DNA of 64,000 nt from NCBI GenBank assembly GCA_964617735.1, contig CAZTXT010000001.1, positions 459,589 to 523,588 of the forward strand, in the 5' to 3' direction. Positions within the stretch are counted from its first letter, which is position 1. The number at the start of each line of letters is the position of its first letter. The position numbers were made by a program, and so were the translations under genes. The notes under the pieces are model-generated. The model saw nothing but the letters and a program-made list of their open reading frames with translations. It was not told the origin of the DNA and ran no database searches. The stretch is from an uncultured Candidatus Saccharibacteria bacterium (GTDB lineage: Bacteria > Patescibacteriota > Minisyncoccia > Phycocordibacterales > DSPV01). Positions 9,030 to 18,613 of this stretch are shown here, in pieces.

Positions 9030-10028
9030 ATGTCTCTCTCAATTGGAATTGTCGGTCTGCCGAACGTGGGGAAATCCACACTTTTTAATGCGCTGACCAA
9101 ACGCAGTGTGCCGGCGGAAAATTATCCATTCTGCACGATAGATCCATCGGTTGGCGTGGTTGCTGTGCCGGACGAGCGACTTGAGAGACTTAATGCATTC
9201 TCTAAATCCAAGAAGAAAGTTCCCGCTATCGTTGAATTTACCGATATCGCGGGTCTGGTGAAGGGCGCTGCTGAAGGAGAGGGCTTAGGTAATAAATTTC
9301 TCTCACACATCCGCGAGGTGGATGCAATTGCCGAAGTGGTTCGCACCTTTGACGACCCGGATATTATTCACGTCGCCGGAAAAATTGATCCCCTATCTGA
9401 CATCGGAGTTATCGAGCTTGAACTTGGCCTTGCGGACCTTGAAACCGTAACGAAGCGAATGGCAAATGTTCAAAAAGACGTAAAGGCGCACAAAAAAGAA
9501 GCACTGGTTGAATACCCTCTGCTTGAGCGTTTGCAGGCCGCACTAAAAGCGGGGAAGTTAGCTTCAACCGTTTCCGTCTCTGAAGTTGAACTGCCGATGC
9601 TCAAACAATTGCATCTGTTGACCGCAAAGCCGATTTTCTATGTGCTTAATACGTCCGAGGCTGGGAAGAATGACGAACAGGTGGTCTCAAAGATTCCCGG
9701 ACTCTATGTAAAAGTTGATCCGGTATTTGAAAAGGGATTGGACGACCTTATTAAAAAGAGCTACGAAACACTCGACCTGATTACCTTTTTTACGACGGGG
9801 GAGGATGAGACGCGCGGCTGGACAATAAAGCGCGGCTCGAGCGCTCCCGACGCTGGTGCCGCGATCCACACCGACTTTCGAGACAAATTCATCCGTGCCG
9901 AAGTCGTGTTCTGGAAAGATCTCCTCGATGCAGGCTCATTTGCGACCGCGCGGGAGAAGGGGTTAGTGCGCACCGAAGGAAAAGAATACATCGTCAAAGA
10001 TGGAGATGTGATTGAGTTTAAGGTTTAG
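9030..10028 (+). CDS. ychF: ribosome-binding ATPase YchF (Obg-like GTPase)
   Basis: 'GIVGLPNVGKSTLFNALT' G1 motif, 'DIAGLVKGA' G3, and a C-terminal TGS-like 'YIVKDGDVIEFKV'. Confidence 0.9.
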   Translation: MSLSIGIVGLPNVGKSTLFNALTKRSVPAENYPFCTIDPSVGVVAVPDERLERLNAFSKSKKKVPAIVEFTDIAGLVKGAAEGEGLGNKFLSHIREVDAIAEVVRTFDDPDIIHVAGKIDPLSDIGVIELELGLADLETVTKRMANVQKDVKAHKKEALVEYPLLERLQAALKAGKLASTVSVSEVELPMLKQLHLLTAKPIFYVLNTSEAGKNDEQVVSKIPGLYVKVDPVFEKGLDDLIKKSYETLDLITFFTTGEDETRGWTIKRGSSAPDAGAAIHTDFRDKFIRAEVVFWKDLLDAGSFATAREKGLVRTEGKEYIVKDGDVIEFKV

Positions 10029-10054
10029 GTAAATTAAAACACCGCAATAGTTTG

Positions 10055-10471
10055 CTACCTACCGCGGTGTTCAGGTTGAGACTTTTCGTTCTTGAAAATC
10101 CGCCCCGAGATGATGAAGCTTAAGATGGAAATAACCACCGTGAGAATCATCTGTGCTCCGATGTACCACATGTGCAGGTATTGCACCATGAGGTACAGAA
10201 GACCTGTGTTTCCGATCAGGAAGCAGACGGTCATCACGGCATACAGCACGAGCTGCCGTCCAACCATTCCTGTCTCCTTGTTCTGAAATGTCCAGAACTT
10301 TTGAAGCGTAAAGTTCAATCCAGTATTTAGGATGAACCCAATTACTGCCGAAGCGACGTACCAGACTCGCAGATATTCCGTGAGTCCGTACAATGCTGCG
10401 TAGTAGGCGATAACACCAGCGGCCCCTGCAACGCAGAACCGCACGGCTTGCTTGAAGCGTGAGGTCTGCAT
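10055..10471 (-). CDS. GtrA-family membrane protein
   Basis: ~138 aa, 4 TM, 'RFxVxGxxG...NFxxxKxWTF' GtrA-like motifs. Minus-strand promoter TTGCAA-16-TAATAT and SD 'aaaggag'. Confidence 0.65.
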   Translation of the reverse strand: MQTSRFKQAVRFCVAGAAGVIAYYAALYGLTEYLRVWYVASAVIGFILNTGLNFTLQKFWTFQNKETGMVGRQLVLYAVMTVCFLIGNTGLLYLMVQYLHMWYIGAQMILTVVISILSFIISGRIFKNEKSQPEHRGR

Positions 10472-10541
10472 TGTGCGACTCCTTTCGTTCCGCCCGTTAT
10501 ATTACTTTTCTGTATAAAAATTGCAAACTCAATCTAATATA

Positions 10542-10566
10542 ATCTGATATACCCCATATATCAGAT
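10542..10566. promoter_or_regulatory. perfect 10-bp inverted repeat ATCTGATATA-ccccA-TATATCAGAT (candidate operator)
   Basis: Seen directly in sequence. Lies just upstream of the gtrA-like -35 box and is adjacent to a plus-strand extended -10 TGCTATATA (10571-10579). Confidence 0.4.
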
Positions 10567-10647
10567 TGCTTGCTATATAAAACCGTGTTGGTAAAATCGT
10601 ATTAACGAATAATCGGCGAGAAAGCCAAAATTTCTAAGGTTCAGAAG

Positions 10648-10677
10648 ATGTTGGTGTGATTGAGTTTAGGGTCTAGG
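10648..10677. repeat. imperfect ~30-nt direct repeat, copy 1 (ATGTTGGTGTGATTGAGTTTAGGGTCTAGG)
   Basis: Second copy at 10920-10946 (ATGGTGGTGTCGAGTTTAAGGTCTAGG). Each copy is followed by a hairpin that is a minus-strand terminator (10687-10707 and 10958-10984). Confidence 0.5.
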
Positions 10678-10721
10678 AAAAGAAAAAGAGCAGGTATAAC
10701 CTGCTCTGTGAGGCTTATGAG

Positions 10722-10868
10722 CTAAATCAAAAGTAAGAGGGAACCAGATGCAACTGCCCAATTACCAACTAGGGCTAAGCATTCTGAGTAAACTGGGGAA
10801 TCCGTTCTTATTTCTGAAAAAATCAAGAGCCCAAGTCCGAGTGTAATAGATATTATTGGAATGATCAT
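10722..10868 (-). CDS. small hydrophobic peptide (48 aa, MIIPIISITLGLGLLIFSEIRTDSPVYSECLALVGNWAVASGSLLLLI)
   Basis: Minus-strand promoter TTGACA-16-TAAAGT (the listed ORF's TTG 'start' is its -35 box), SD 'gaaagga' 4 nt before the ATG, and a terminator immediately after the stop. Confidence 0.35.
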   Translation of the reverse strand: MIIPIISITLGLGLLIFSEIRTDSPVYSECLALVGNWAVASGSLLLLI

Positions 10869-11172
10869 AAATCCTTTCACATAGGACTTTAACTTTTGAG
10901 AAATTATTGTCAAGTGACGATGGTGGTGTCGAGTTTAAGGTCTAGGTAAAAAGAAGGGCGCTCAAACCTTGAAGGAATGAGCGCTTGAAAAAATGAAAAC
11001 CGCCGGGGTGAAGCACTATTTAGTTAAAGTTCGTAAAGATCTTCATGTGTTCATGATTAGCAAATTACAAGAATAGTGTCAAGATCAAAGATGATAGTCT
11101 CATAGAATTTAAAGTATAGCGCCACATAATGCCTCTTACAAAAAAGCAAGGACTACGTCCTTGCTTTGCACG

Positions 11173-11526
11173 TCATTCTTCGATGACGAAGATCACGAAT
11201 CGATACTGGTCTTTGTGGCGAGCTTCGATTAATTCCCAGACTTCAATCCCTAACCTGACCACTTCGCAATATTGTTTTTGAAGCAGGCGCGAGAAGACGA
11301 CCTGTGTTTCGTGGAATTGAAAAGCTAGTTGGGCGGCAAAAACCTGTGCGTTATGCATCGGCGAACTGACAATGAGTGGTGCATAGTTGCCTATGGTCCT
11401 CGTTATTTCCACAGTAACCAATCGAATGTATATGACGGTGTTAGGATCTCTCTCATGTATCTGCTTAATCGTGTTGACTGCATCCTGCACGTCTAAACCA
11501 AAAAACTGCGGTAATTGCATAATCAC
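11173..11526 (-). CDS. hypothetical protein (117 aa)
   Basis: ORF with a hairpin terminator at 11135-11160 directly downstream. No recognised motif. Confidence 0.45.
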   Translation of the reverse strand: MIMQLPQFFGLDVQDAVNTIKQIHERDPNTVIYIRLVTVEITRTIGNYAPLIVSSPMHNAQVFAAQLAFQFHETQVVFSRLLQKQYCEVVRLGIEVWELIEARHKDQYRFVIFVIEE

Positions 11527-11711
11527 CCCTCTTTTTGTTTTCTAGCAAACAGATTAAGACAGCGGATGCTGCTGTCAAGACCCCCCGTGCATAACAGCCC
11601 TTGCACAAGCTTTTCTCAGGTATATGATGAGCCGCAGAATTTTCGCCACGGAACCGGAAACACCGCAGGGTGCGGTGCGGGGTTAACAAACGCGAAATAG
11701 AAAGGTACTTT

Positions 11712-12569
11712 GTGAGAAATCTATTGACTATTAGTGTATGCGCTCTTCTGTCACTGTCGCGCACCCTCTTCGGCCAGGTTACCAACGATGAGAGCGCGTT
11801 CGGCTTGAGAACTGACGAAATCGCACGGGAAATGAGCATCGACGGGCCGACGGAGGACAGTTTCGCCGACCGATTCGAATACTTCTTCAAAAAGGAGCAG
11901 ATCAGGCTGTTCTACAACGAGTTCAATCCGCTCCGCTACGGACGATGGCGGCTCCTCTATGAAGATGACCCTCGCGGTTTGATCCGCCAGGCAGATCGTT
12001 CAGCCACAAGCACGTTCGAGAAGTCGTTGGAGTATGCGGCGCGGGAAGCCTTTGCAACAACACCGGCGATGTACTGGCTTGACGATATGGGTACGGCAGT
12101 TTCCCTCTTCGCCCGAGGGACCATTGGAGCGATCGAGGAAGAGGAGGTTCGTCCAACTGATATCTCGTATCGCCCGATCGAGCAATCATGGTGGCGCAGC
12201 TTTTCAGAGAATAACTTCAGGTACGGGCTGCGCTTCAATGCACGCCCGTATGCATACGTGGGTTTCAAACTCGGGCCTCATGACAATCCGTATGCGATGG
12301 TTGACCTTCGCTATCGGACCTTTCAGTTCTTTCATGGGAGTCGCTTCCTGGATATAGGTGCGCATCGGTTCGAACTCGCGCTCTCGCTGCGTCCGATCGA
12401 TGGATATTCGGTTGGTATCGGCACTTCTTATGAACTGAAGCGCGGTGACGAGGTTGCCGGACTTGCCGTTCGATTCCAAAAGGAATTAAAGCGGGTCGGT
12501 GCCATCTTTGTCGGCGCCGATGTCAAAAGCCACTCCGAATTCTTTTGGGGTGTTACCAGAAGCTTTTAG
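11712..12569 (+). CDS. hypothetical secreted protein (signal peptide, ~285 aa)
   Basis: GTG start preceded by 'gaaagg'. N-terminal 'RNLLTISVCALLSLSRTLFGQ' looks like a signal peptide. Strong terminator at 12575-12613. Confidence 0.5.
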   Translation: MRNLLTISVCALLSLSRTLFGQVTNDESAFGLRTDEIAREMSIDGPTEDSFADRFEYFFKKEQIRLFYNEFNPLRYGRWRLLYEDDPRGLIRQADRSATSTFEKSLEYAAREAFATTPAMYWLDDMGTAVSLFARGTIGAIEEEEVRPTDISYRPIEQSWWRSFSENNFRYGLRFNARPYAYVGFKLGPHDNPYAMVDLRYRTFQFFHGSRFLDIGAHRFELALSLRPIDGYSVGIGTSYELKRGDEVAGLAVRFQKELKRVGAIFVGADVKSHSEFFWGVTRSF

Positions 12570-12672
12570 CTTCAGAGCGCGGCTCGCTTGGCGAGCCGCG
12601 CCTTCTTTTTTCTCAAATTGCCATAGCTTTGTTCGTGTTGTATCATAGGCGCATTACCCGTAACGTTTTATC

Positions 12673-13629
12673 ATGAACGAAACCAAAACTACTGCGAAAG
12701 ACTTCTTCATGCATTTGGCCGCTGTGGTCTTCCTCTATTCGAGCGCTGTCAGCCTGATCAATCTGCTATTCCAGATCGTCAATTATGCTTTTCCAGACAA
12801 CCTCGAGTATTACGTGGATCCGTACTCAAGCGCCATGCGGTGGGCGATTGCGACCCTCGTCATCATGTTCCCGCTCTACCTCATCTTGCTGCGCGGCATC
12901 GAGCACGATGTTCAGCGCGAGCCGGCCAAAAAGCAGATTTGGATCCGCCGCTGGCTCTCGTTTTTGACCCTTTTCGTTGCAGGACTTACGGTTGCGATCG
13001 ACTTAGTCGTCCTCATCAATAATTTTCTCGGCGGAGAATTGACCGCTCGCTTCGGGCTCAAGGTCCTTGCAGTGCTCATTGTCGCTGCGGCGGTGTTTGG
13101 TTTCTACATCTACGATCTGCGCCGAGACACCGGCCAGAGTGCGAAGGGGATGCGATCATTTTCCATCGGCGCGATCGCACTCGTGCTGATCTCGCTCGTT
13201 AGCGGTTTTATCGTGATGGGTTCGCCGGCAGCCGCACGGAAAATGAAATTCGATGATCAACGTATCGCGAACCTTAGCGAGATTCAGTGGCAGGTCGTCA
13301 GTTTCTGGCAGAGAACGCAGAAACTTCCGACAAACCTCGATGCGCTGAACGACCAGATCAGCGGATTTGCTGCGCAGAAAGATCCGGAAACCGGCGCCTC
13401 GTACGAGTATGCGGCGACTGACAAGCTCGCCTTCCGGCTCTGCGCAATCTTCGATCTGGCAAGCACCCAAACACGCGCGGGCCAAACGTACCCCGCGCCC
13501 TATGATACGAATGGCCTTAACAATAACTGGCAACATGGCGCCGGCAGAGTTTGTTTTGATCGGACGATAGACCCGAGCCGTTATCCGCCGACAAGCAATA
13601 ATGGAATTCCGGTAAAGAGCGTTCAATGA
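12673..13629 (+). CDS. DUF5671-like membrane protein
   Basis: N-terminal 4-TM region plus a soluble C-terminal domain, the pattern common in Patescibacteria DUF5671 proteins. Stop overlaps the leuS start (ATGATGA). Confidence 0.5.
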   Translation: MNETKTTAKDFFMHLAAVVFLYSSAVSLINLLFQIVNYAFPDNLEYYVDPYSSAMRWAIATLVIMFPLYLILLRGIEHDVQREPAKKQIWIRRWLSFLTLFVAGLTVAIDLVVLINNFLGGELTARFGLKVLAVLIVAAAVFGFYIYDLRRDTGQSAKGMRSFSIGAIALVLISLVSGFIVMGSPAAARKMKFDDQRIANLSEIQWQVVSFWQRTQKLPTNLDALNDQISGFAAQKDPETGASYEYAATDKLAFRLCAIFDLASTQTRAGQTYPAPYDTNGLNNNWQHGAGRVCFDRTIDPSRYPPTSNNGIPVKSVQ

Positions 13630-16124
13630 TGAGTTATGATCATAAGAAAATAGAACGCAAGTGGCAGCGCGAGTGGGAGAAGAAGAAACTGTATGAGGCG
13701 AACGATGGCGGCAAGAAGCCGAAGTTCTATTCGCTGATCGAATTCCCGTACCCTTCGGGGGATGGCCTTCACGTCGGTCACATTCGCTCTAACACTGCGA
13801 TGGATATCATATCCCGCAAGCGGCGGATGGAGGGATTCGAGGTGCTCTATCCGATCGGCTGGGATGCATTTGGCCTACCGACCGAGAACTACGCGATAAA
13901 GAAGGGTATTCAGCCGGCGGTCGTTACAAAACAGAATACCGATAATTTTCGACGCCAGCTCAAAGCGCTCGGTTTCTCGTTCGACTGGTCGCGCGAGATA
14001 AACACGACTGACCCCGCATACTACCGATGGACGCAATGGATTTTCCTGCAGTTCTTCAAGAAGGGTCTTGCCTATAAAAAGAAAATGGCCATTAACTGGT
14101 GTCCCAAAGACAAAATTGGGCTTGCCAACGAAGAGGTCATCGATGGACGGTGCGAGCGGTGCGGGACGGCGGTCGAGAAGCGTGAGAAGGAGCAGTGGAT
14201 GCTTGCGATCACGAAGTATGCGGATCGTTTGAATAAAGACCTCGATACGGTGGATTTTCTCGAACGCATCAAGATACAACAGCGCAATTGGATAGGGAAG
14301 TCAGAGGGCGCAGAGATCGATTTTCTCCTCGATTTCAAAAAGAATCCCAAAGATAATGAGCGGCGCGGTCCTCATGGGGAACGTGCCCAACTAACAGTGT
14401 TTACTACTCGTGCCGATACTCTTTTTGGGGCGACATACCTTGTGCTCTCTCCGGAGCATCCATGGATTACACTAGCCATTGATGAGCGCCATGATGTGCT
14501 TTTGAATAAAGATGAAGTGAAGGCATATGTAGAGAAAGCGAAAAAGAAAACCGAAACTGAACGAACGGCGACCGAGAAGGAAAAAACCGGTGTTGAGGTC
14601 AAAGGTGTCAAAGCGATAAATCCGGCAACGAAAGAAGAGATACCGATGTTCGTCGCCGACTATGTGCTCTCCGACTACGGTACCGGGGCCATTATGGCAG
14701 TGCCCGCACATGATGATCGGGATTTACTTTTTGCTATTAAGTTCAAGCTTCTCATTCGACCCGTAATCATGCCGGTAAATTCAATAAAAGTGCCAGGACT
14801 TACGGAATCTTTAATAAAAAGTTGCCTTGAGAGCGGTTTTGCTCTCTACGGCGATGGTCTTCTGTTCAATTCAGGCAAATTTGATGGTATTGATTCAAAC
14901 AGTGCCAAAAGGCAGATTCCTGAATCCGTTGGGGGACGAATGGTAACTACCTACAAACTCCGTGACTGGGTATTTTCCCGCCAAAGGTACTGGGGCGAGC
15001 CGATACCACTGGTCTACTGCGAGAAGGATGGATGGGTTGCCGTACCGGAGAAAGATTTGCCGGTCAAATTACCTACGGTAAAGAACTACCAACCGACTGA
15101 TACGGGAGAGTCACCGCTTGCTGCGATTGAAAAGTGGGTGAAGACCAAATGCCCGCAGTGTAAAGGTCCCGCACGGCGAGAAACGGACACAATGCCAAAC
15201 TGGGCCGGATCAAGTTGGTATTACCTGCGCTACACGGACCCCCAAAATAAGCGAGCGTTTGCCGATAAAAAGAGACTAAAGCATTGGACACCTGTGGATT
15301 GGTACAACGGAGGAATGGAGCATACCACCTTGCACTTACTCTATTCACGCTTTTGGCATAAATTCCTTTTCGATGAAGGGCTGGTGCCGACTACAGAGCC
15401 GTATGCCAAGCGTACCAGCCATGGCCTTATTCTTGCCGAAGGCGGTGTAAAAATGTCTAAATCGAAAGGGAATGTTGTGAATCCCGACACATTAGTGGAA
15501 AGTGTCGGTGCTGACAGCTTGCGTCTCTATGAGATGTTCATGGGTCCCTTTGATCAGGCTATCGCGTGGTCGACCGACGGAGTCGTCGGTACGCGCCGGT
15601 TCCTCGAACGCGTTTGGGGCTTGCGCGAGAAATTTCGGGATACGGAAACCAAGATCGAAGATCAACGTTTGGAGATGCTTCTCCATCAGACGATCAAGAA
15701 AGTCAGCGAAGACATAGAAGCGATGAAATTCAATACGGCGATAAGCCAGATGATGATCTTCGTCAATGAATGCGAGAAGCAGACATATATCCCCCGCGAC
15801 GCCTATCTGCAGTTTATCCGTTTGCTCGCACCTTTTGCACCGCATATAACCGAGGAACTCTGGGAAATAGCGGGAGGGAAGGGCTCTATCCACAAAGAGC
15901 CGTGGCCCGTATATGAGAGTGCGAAGATCAGGAGCGCGGAAGCCGTCATTGCCGTGCAAGTGAACGGGAAAGTCCGGGGTAGTATCGTCCTTTCCGCTAC
16001 GGCGAGCAAAGAAGAGGCCTTAACAGCGGCGCTTTCTAAGCCCGAAATAAAAAAGTGGGCGGGAAATGGACAACCGAGAAAGATCGTGTACATTGAGGGG
16101 AAAATACTAAGCGTGGTGTTCTAG
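13626..16124 (+). CDS. leuS: leucine--tRNA ligase
   Basis: HIGH motif 'HVGHIRS', 'KMSKSKGN', and a CP1 editing-domain insertion; 832 aa. Confidence 0.95.
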   Translation: MMSYDHKKIERKWQREWEKKKLYEANDGGKKPKFYSLIEFPYPSGDGLHVGHIRSNTAMDIISRKRRMEGFEVLYPIGWDAFGLPTENYAIKKGIQPAVVTKQNTDNFRRQLKALGFSFDWSREINTTDPAYYRWTQWIFLQFFKKGLAYKKKMAINWCPKDKIGLANEEVIDGRCERCGTAVEKREKEQWMLAITKYADRLNKDLDTVDFLERIKIQQRNWIGKSEGAEIDFLLDFKKNPKDNERRGPHGERAQLTVFTTRADTLFGATYLVLSPEHPWITLAIDERHDVLLNKDEVKAYVEKAKKKTETERTATEKEKTGVEVKGVKAINPATKEEIPMFVADYVLSDYGTGAIMAVPAHDDRDLLFAIKFKLLIRPVIMPVNSIKVPGLTESLIKSCLESGFALYGDGLLFNSGKFDGIDSNSAKRQIPESVGGRMVTTYKLRDWVFSRQRYWGEPIPLVYCEKDGWVAVPEKDLPVKLPTVKNYQPTDTGESPLAAIEKWVKTKCPQCKGPARRETDTMPNWAGSSWYYLRYTDPQNKRAFADKKRLKHWTPVDWYNGGMEHTTLHLLYSRFWHKFLFDEGLVPTTEPYAKRTSHGLILAEGGVKMSKSKGNVVNPDTLVESVGADSLRLYEMFMGPFDQAIAWSTDGVVGTRRFLERVWGLREKFRDTETKIEDQRLEMLLHQTIKKVSEDIEAMKFNTAISQMMIFVNECEKQTYIPRDAYLQFIRLLAPFAPHITEELWEIAGGKGSIHKEPWPVYESAKIRSAEAVIAVQVNGKVRGSIVLSATASKEEALTAALSKPEIKKWAGNGQPRKIVYIEGKILSVVF

Positions 16125-16237
16125 ATTGAACAGAATTTCTTCCGAAAATCTATGAGCTTGACAAGGTATTTACAATGTGCAGAATTGACTGTGTCTCAAG
16201 CAAAACAAGGGGAAATCGATAGCTAAAACTCTTTTTC

Positions 16238-17269
16238 ATGCAAATGAAACCAAAACAGGTAGTGAAGAAGCTCCTCGCCGTCCTTCCTGAACGGGCACGG
16301 GAGATCATTGTGGCGCGGTATGGTTTGGGTAAAAATTCTGATAAACAAACGCTCGAGGCTATCGGCCATCGTTACGGCATCACGCGAGAGCGGGTGCGGC
16401 AGATCGAGAATTACGCTTTGAATAATATCCGCAAATCGGAGCAATTTAAGAAAGAAACCGGTTCATTTTCCGAGTTGGAAGGATACATCGACACCCTTGG
16501 CGGGGTAGTAGCAGAAAAAGATTTGCTCAATCAGCTTGCCAAGGACAAAAGTCTCCAGAACCACGTCGTTTTCATGCTCGTTTTGGGCGAGTCGTTCTTC
16601 AAGGAAAAAGAGGACGAGACGTTTTATCATCGCTGGCACGTCAACTCCGACCTCTCCAAGAAAGTCCACGAATCCATACGGAAGCTCTATAAAGCTCTCA
16701 AGAACGACGATATCATCCCCGAAGCCGACATGATCGCTGCGTTCCTCGAACATCTCAAAGACGTCTCTGAAAAATACAAGAACGAAGAGATTCTCAAGCG
16801 GTGGCTCTCGATGACCAAAACGATCGGCAAGAATCCCTTGGGTGAATGGGGTCTTGCAACGTCTCCCAATATCCGTGCGAAAGGCATGCGCGACTATGCC
16901 TTCCTTGTCCTGCGTCGGCATGGCTCTCCGATACATTTCCGCGATGTTGCAAAATCCATAACTGAACTATTCGGTAAGAAGGCGCATGTTGCGACGACTC
17001 ACAATGAACTGATCAAGGACCCGCGCTTCGTATTGGTGGGCCGCGGCCTCTATGCGCTCTCGGAATGGGGCTATGTATCCGGCGTGGTCCGCGATGTGAT
17101 CCGGAAGATTCTTGAGAAGAACGGACCCCTGACGAAGGAAGAAATAATCGACAAGGTTCTCAAAGAGCGCTACGTCAAAGAGAATACTATCGTGGTCAAC
17201 CTCCAAAACCAGCGGTACTTTAAAAAAGATTCATCAGGCCGCTACTCGATCGTTCCCGTCGCGGCATAA
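16238..17269 (+). CDS. sigma-70 region-4 domain protein with C-terminal HARE-HTH-like domain
   Basis: N-terminal 'LPERAREIIVARYGL...TLEAIGHRYGITRERVRQIE' is a sigma-70 region-4 HTH. The C-terminal 'GPLTKEEIIDKVLKER' resembles the RpoE-delta/HARE-HTH fold. Terminator at 17283-17311. Confidence 0.65.
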   Translation: MQMKPKQVVKKLLAVLPERAREIIVARYGLGKNSDKQTLEAIGHRYGITRERVRQIENYALNNIRKSEQFKKETGSFSELEGYIDTLGGVVAEKDLLNQLAKDKSLQNHVVFMLVLGESFFKEKEDETFYHRWHVNSDLSKKVHESIRKLYKALKNDDIIPEADMIAAFLEHLKDVSEKYKNEEILKRWLSMTKTIGKNPLGEWGLATSPNIRAKGMRDYAFLVLRRHGSPIHFRDVAKSITELFGKKAHVATTHNELIKDPRFVLVGRGLYALSEWGYVSGVVRDVIRKILEKNGPLTKEEIIDKVLKERYVKENTIVVNLQNQRYFKKDSSGRYSIVPVAA

Positions 17270-17379
17270 ACGAATTGGTATCAAAAAATCCCTCTGGTGA
17301 GGGATTTTTTGATACACGGCGGCTTTCTTTACCCGCAGAACGTTTTGATGCCGTCTTCATTTCGGTATATGATTAAACC

Positions 17380-18612
17380 ATGTTCTTGGTGCTGTATAAA
17401 CAGTTTTCGATACTTTTTTCCTTCTTCGCCCAGATCTACCATTTTCTGCTCCACTGGATATACTATTGGCTCCCGCTTGCGCTTGGGGGTATGTTCGTCA
17501 AGACATGGCTTAACTATCTTCGGGCCGAGTTCATCTTTACGCAAGGCACGTTCTTGATAGAAATAAAGATACCCCGTGAGATAACCAAGTCCCCGCTTGC
17601 GATGGAGACATTTCTGCATGCGCTCTGGCAAAAACCAGCCTCGACCTATATCGACACCTATTGGAATGGGAAAATCCAGCCCTGGTTCTCGCTTGAAATG
17701 GTATCTATCGGCGGAGAGATCAAATTCTTCATCTGGGGTCCAGAAAAGTATCGCGCGATCGTGGAAGCCCAGCTCTATGCGCAGTATCCGGATGTCGAGG
17801 TCTATGAGGCGCAGGATTATACGGATACCGTAGTGCATGACCTTTCACGCTTTTTCTTGTGGGGTACATATTTCAAACTCACGCAAAAGGATGTGTATCC
17901 CATAAAGACGTACGTCGATTACGGACTCGATAAGCAAAATGTCGAAGAAGAAGAGAAAATCGACCCATTCACTGCGGTACTCGAATACTTAGGTTCTCTT
18001 AAACAAGGCGAGCAGGTTTGGATACAGATCCTAGTCCAAGGACATCAGCAGCGCACCATAGTCCAGGGCCAGCTCTTTCCTTCAAAAGATTGGACCAAAG
18101 AGGCAAAGCAAGAGATCGCACGGATCAAAAAAGAAGCGAAAATCGGAGAGGCTGGCGTATTCGGGCGTCTCACTAAAGGGGAGGAGCGCAAGATCGAAGC
18201 GATCGAGCGGAGCATCGACAAATTCGCGTTCGATACGATCATCCGCGCGTTTTATATCTGCCCTGCGGGCCCTCCTGACCCCGCCGCGATACCGGGGCTC
18301 ATCGGACATATGAAGCAATACAGTTCTAATTATCTCAACGGTTTCAAGTTGGGCTGGTTCACGGATTTCGATTACCCTTGGATGGATTTCATGCGCATAC
18401 GACGGACATCATTGGAGAAGCGCATGTTGCGCGCGTATAAGCTTCGTTCTGGTTTTCAGATACCGTATCGGAATTTCCATACGACGCCGTTTATTCTAAG
18501 CACCGAAGAACTCGCCACCATTTACCATTTCCCCGGTTCCGTCGCGCGCACGCCGAATTTGAGCCGCATCGAATCTCGCCGCTCGGAAGCGCCTTCGAAC
18601 CTGCCTACATAA
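17380..18612 (+). CDS. hypothetical membrane-anchored protein (410 aa)
   Basis: N-terminal TM segments and no recognised motifs. Ends 1 nt before the mltG start, suggesting an operon. Confidence 0.5.
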   Translation: MFLVLYKQFSILFSFFAQIYHFLLHWIYYWLPLALGGMFVKTWLNYLRAEFIFTQGTFLIEIKIPREITKSPLAMETFLHALWQKPASTYIDTYWNGKIQPWFSLEMVSIGGEIKFFIWGPEKYRAIVEAQLYAQYPDVEVYEAQDYTDTVVHDLSRFFLWGTYFKLTQKDVYPIKTYVDYGLDKQNVEEEEKIDPFTAVLEYLGSLKQGEQVWIQILVQGHQQRTIVQGQLFPSKDWTKEAKQEIARIKKEAKIGEAGVFGRLTKGEERKIEAIERSIDKFAFDTIIRAFYICPAGPPDPAAIPGLIGHMKQYSSNYLNGFKLGWFTDFDYPWMDFMRIRRTSLEKRMLRAYKLRSGFQIPYRNFHTTPFILSTEELATIYHFPGSVARTPNLSRIESRRSEAPSNLPT

Positions 18613-18613
18613 A

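Noticed and set aside
11465-11890. 141-aa minus-strand ORF overlapping the 5' end of the secreted-protein gene
   Set aside because: It has low-complexity Arg/Ser-rich composition, no start signals, and overlaps a better-supported gene and its promoter region. It is probably a shadow ORF.
17329-17838. 169-aa minus-strand ORF inside the 17380 gene
   Set aside because: An antisense shadow ORF fully contained in a longer plus-strand ORF, with no expression signals.
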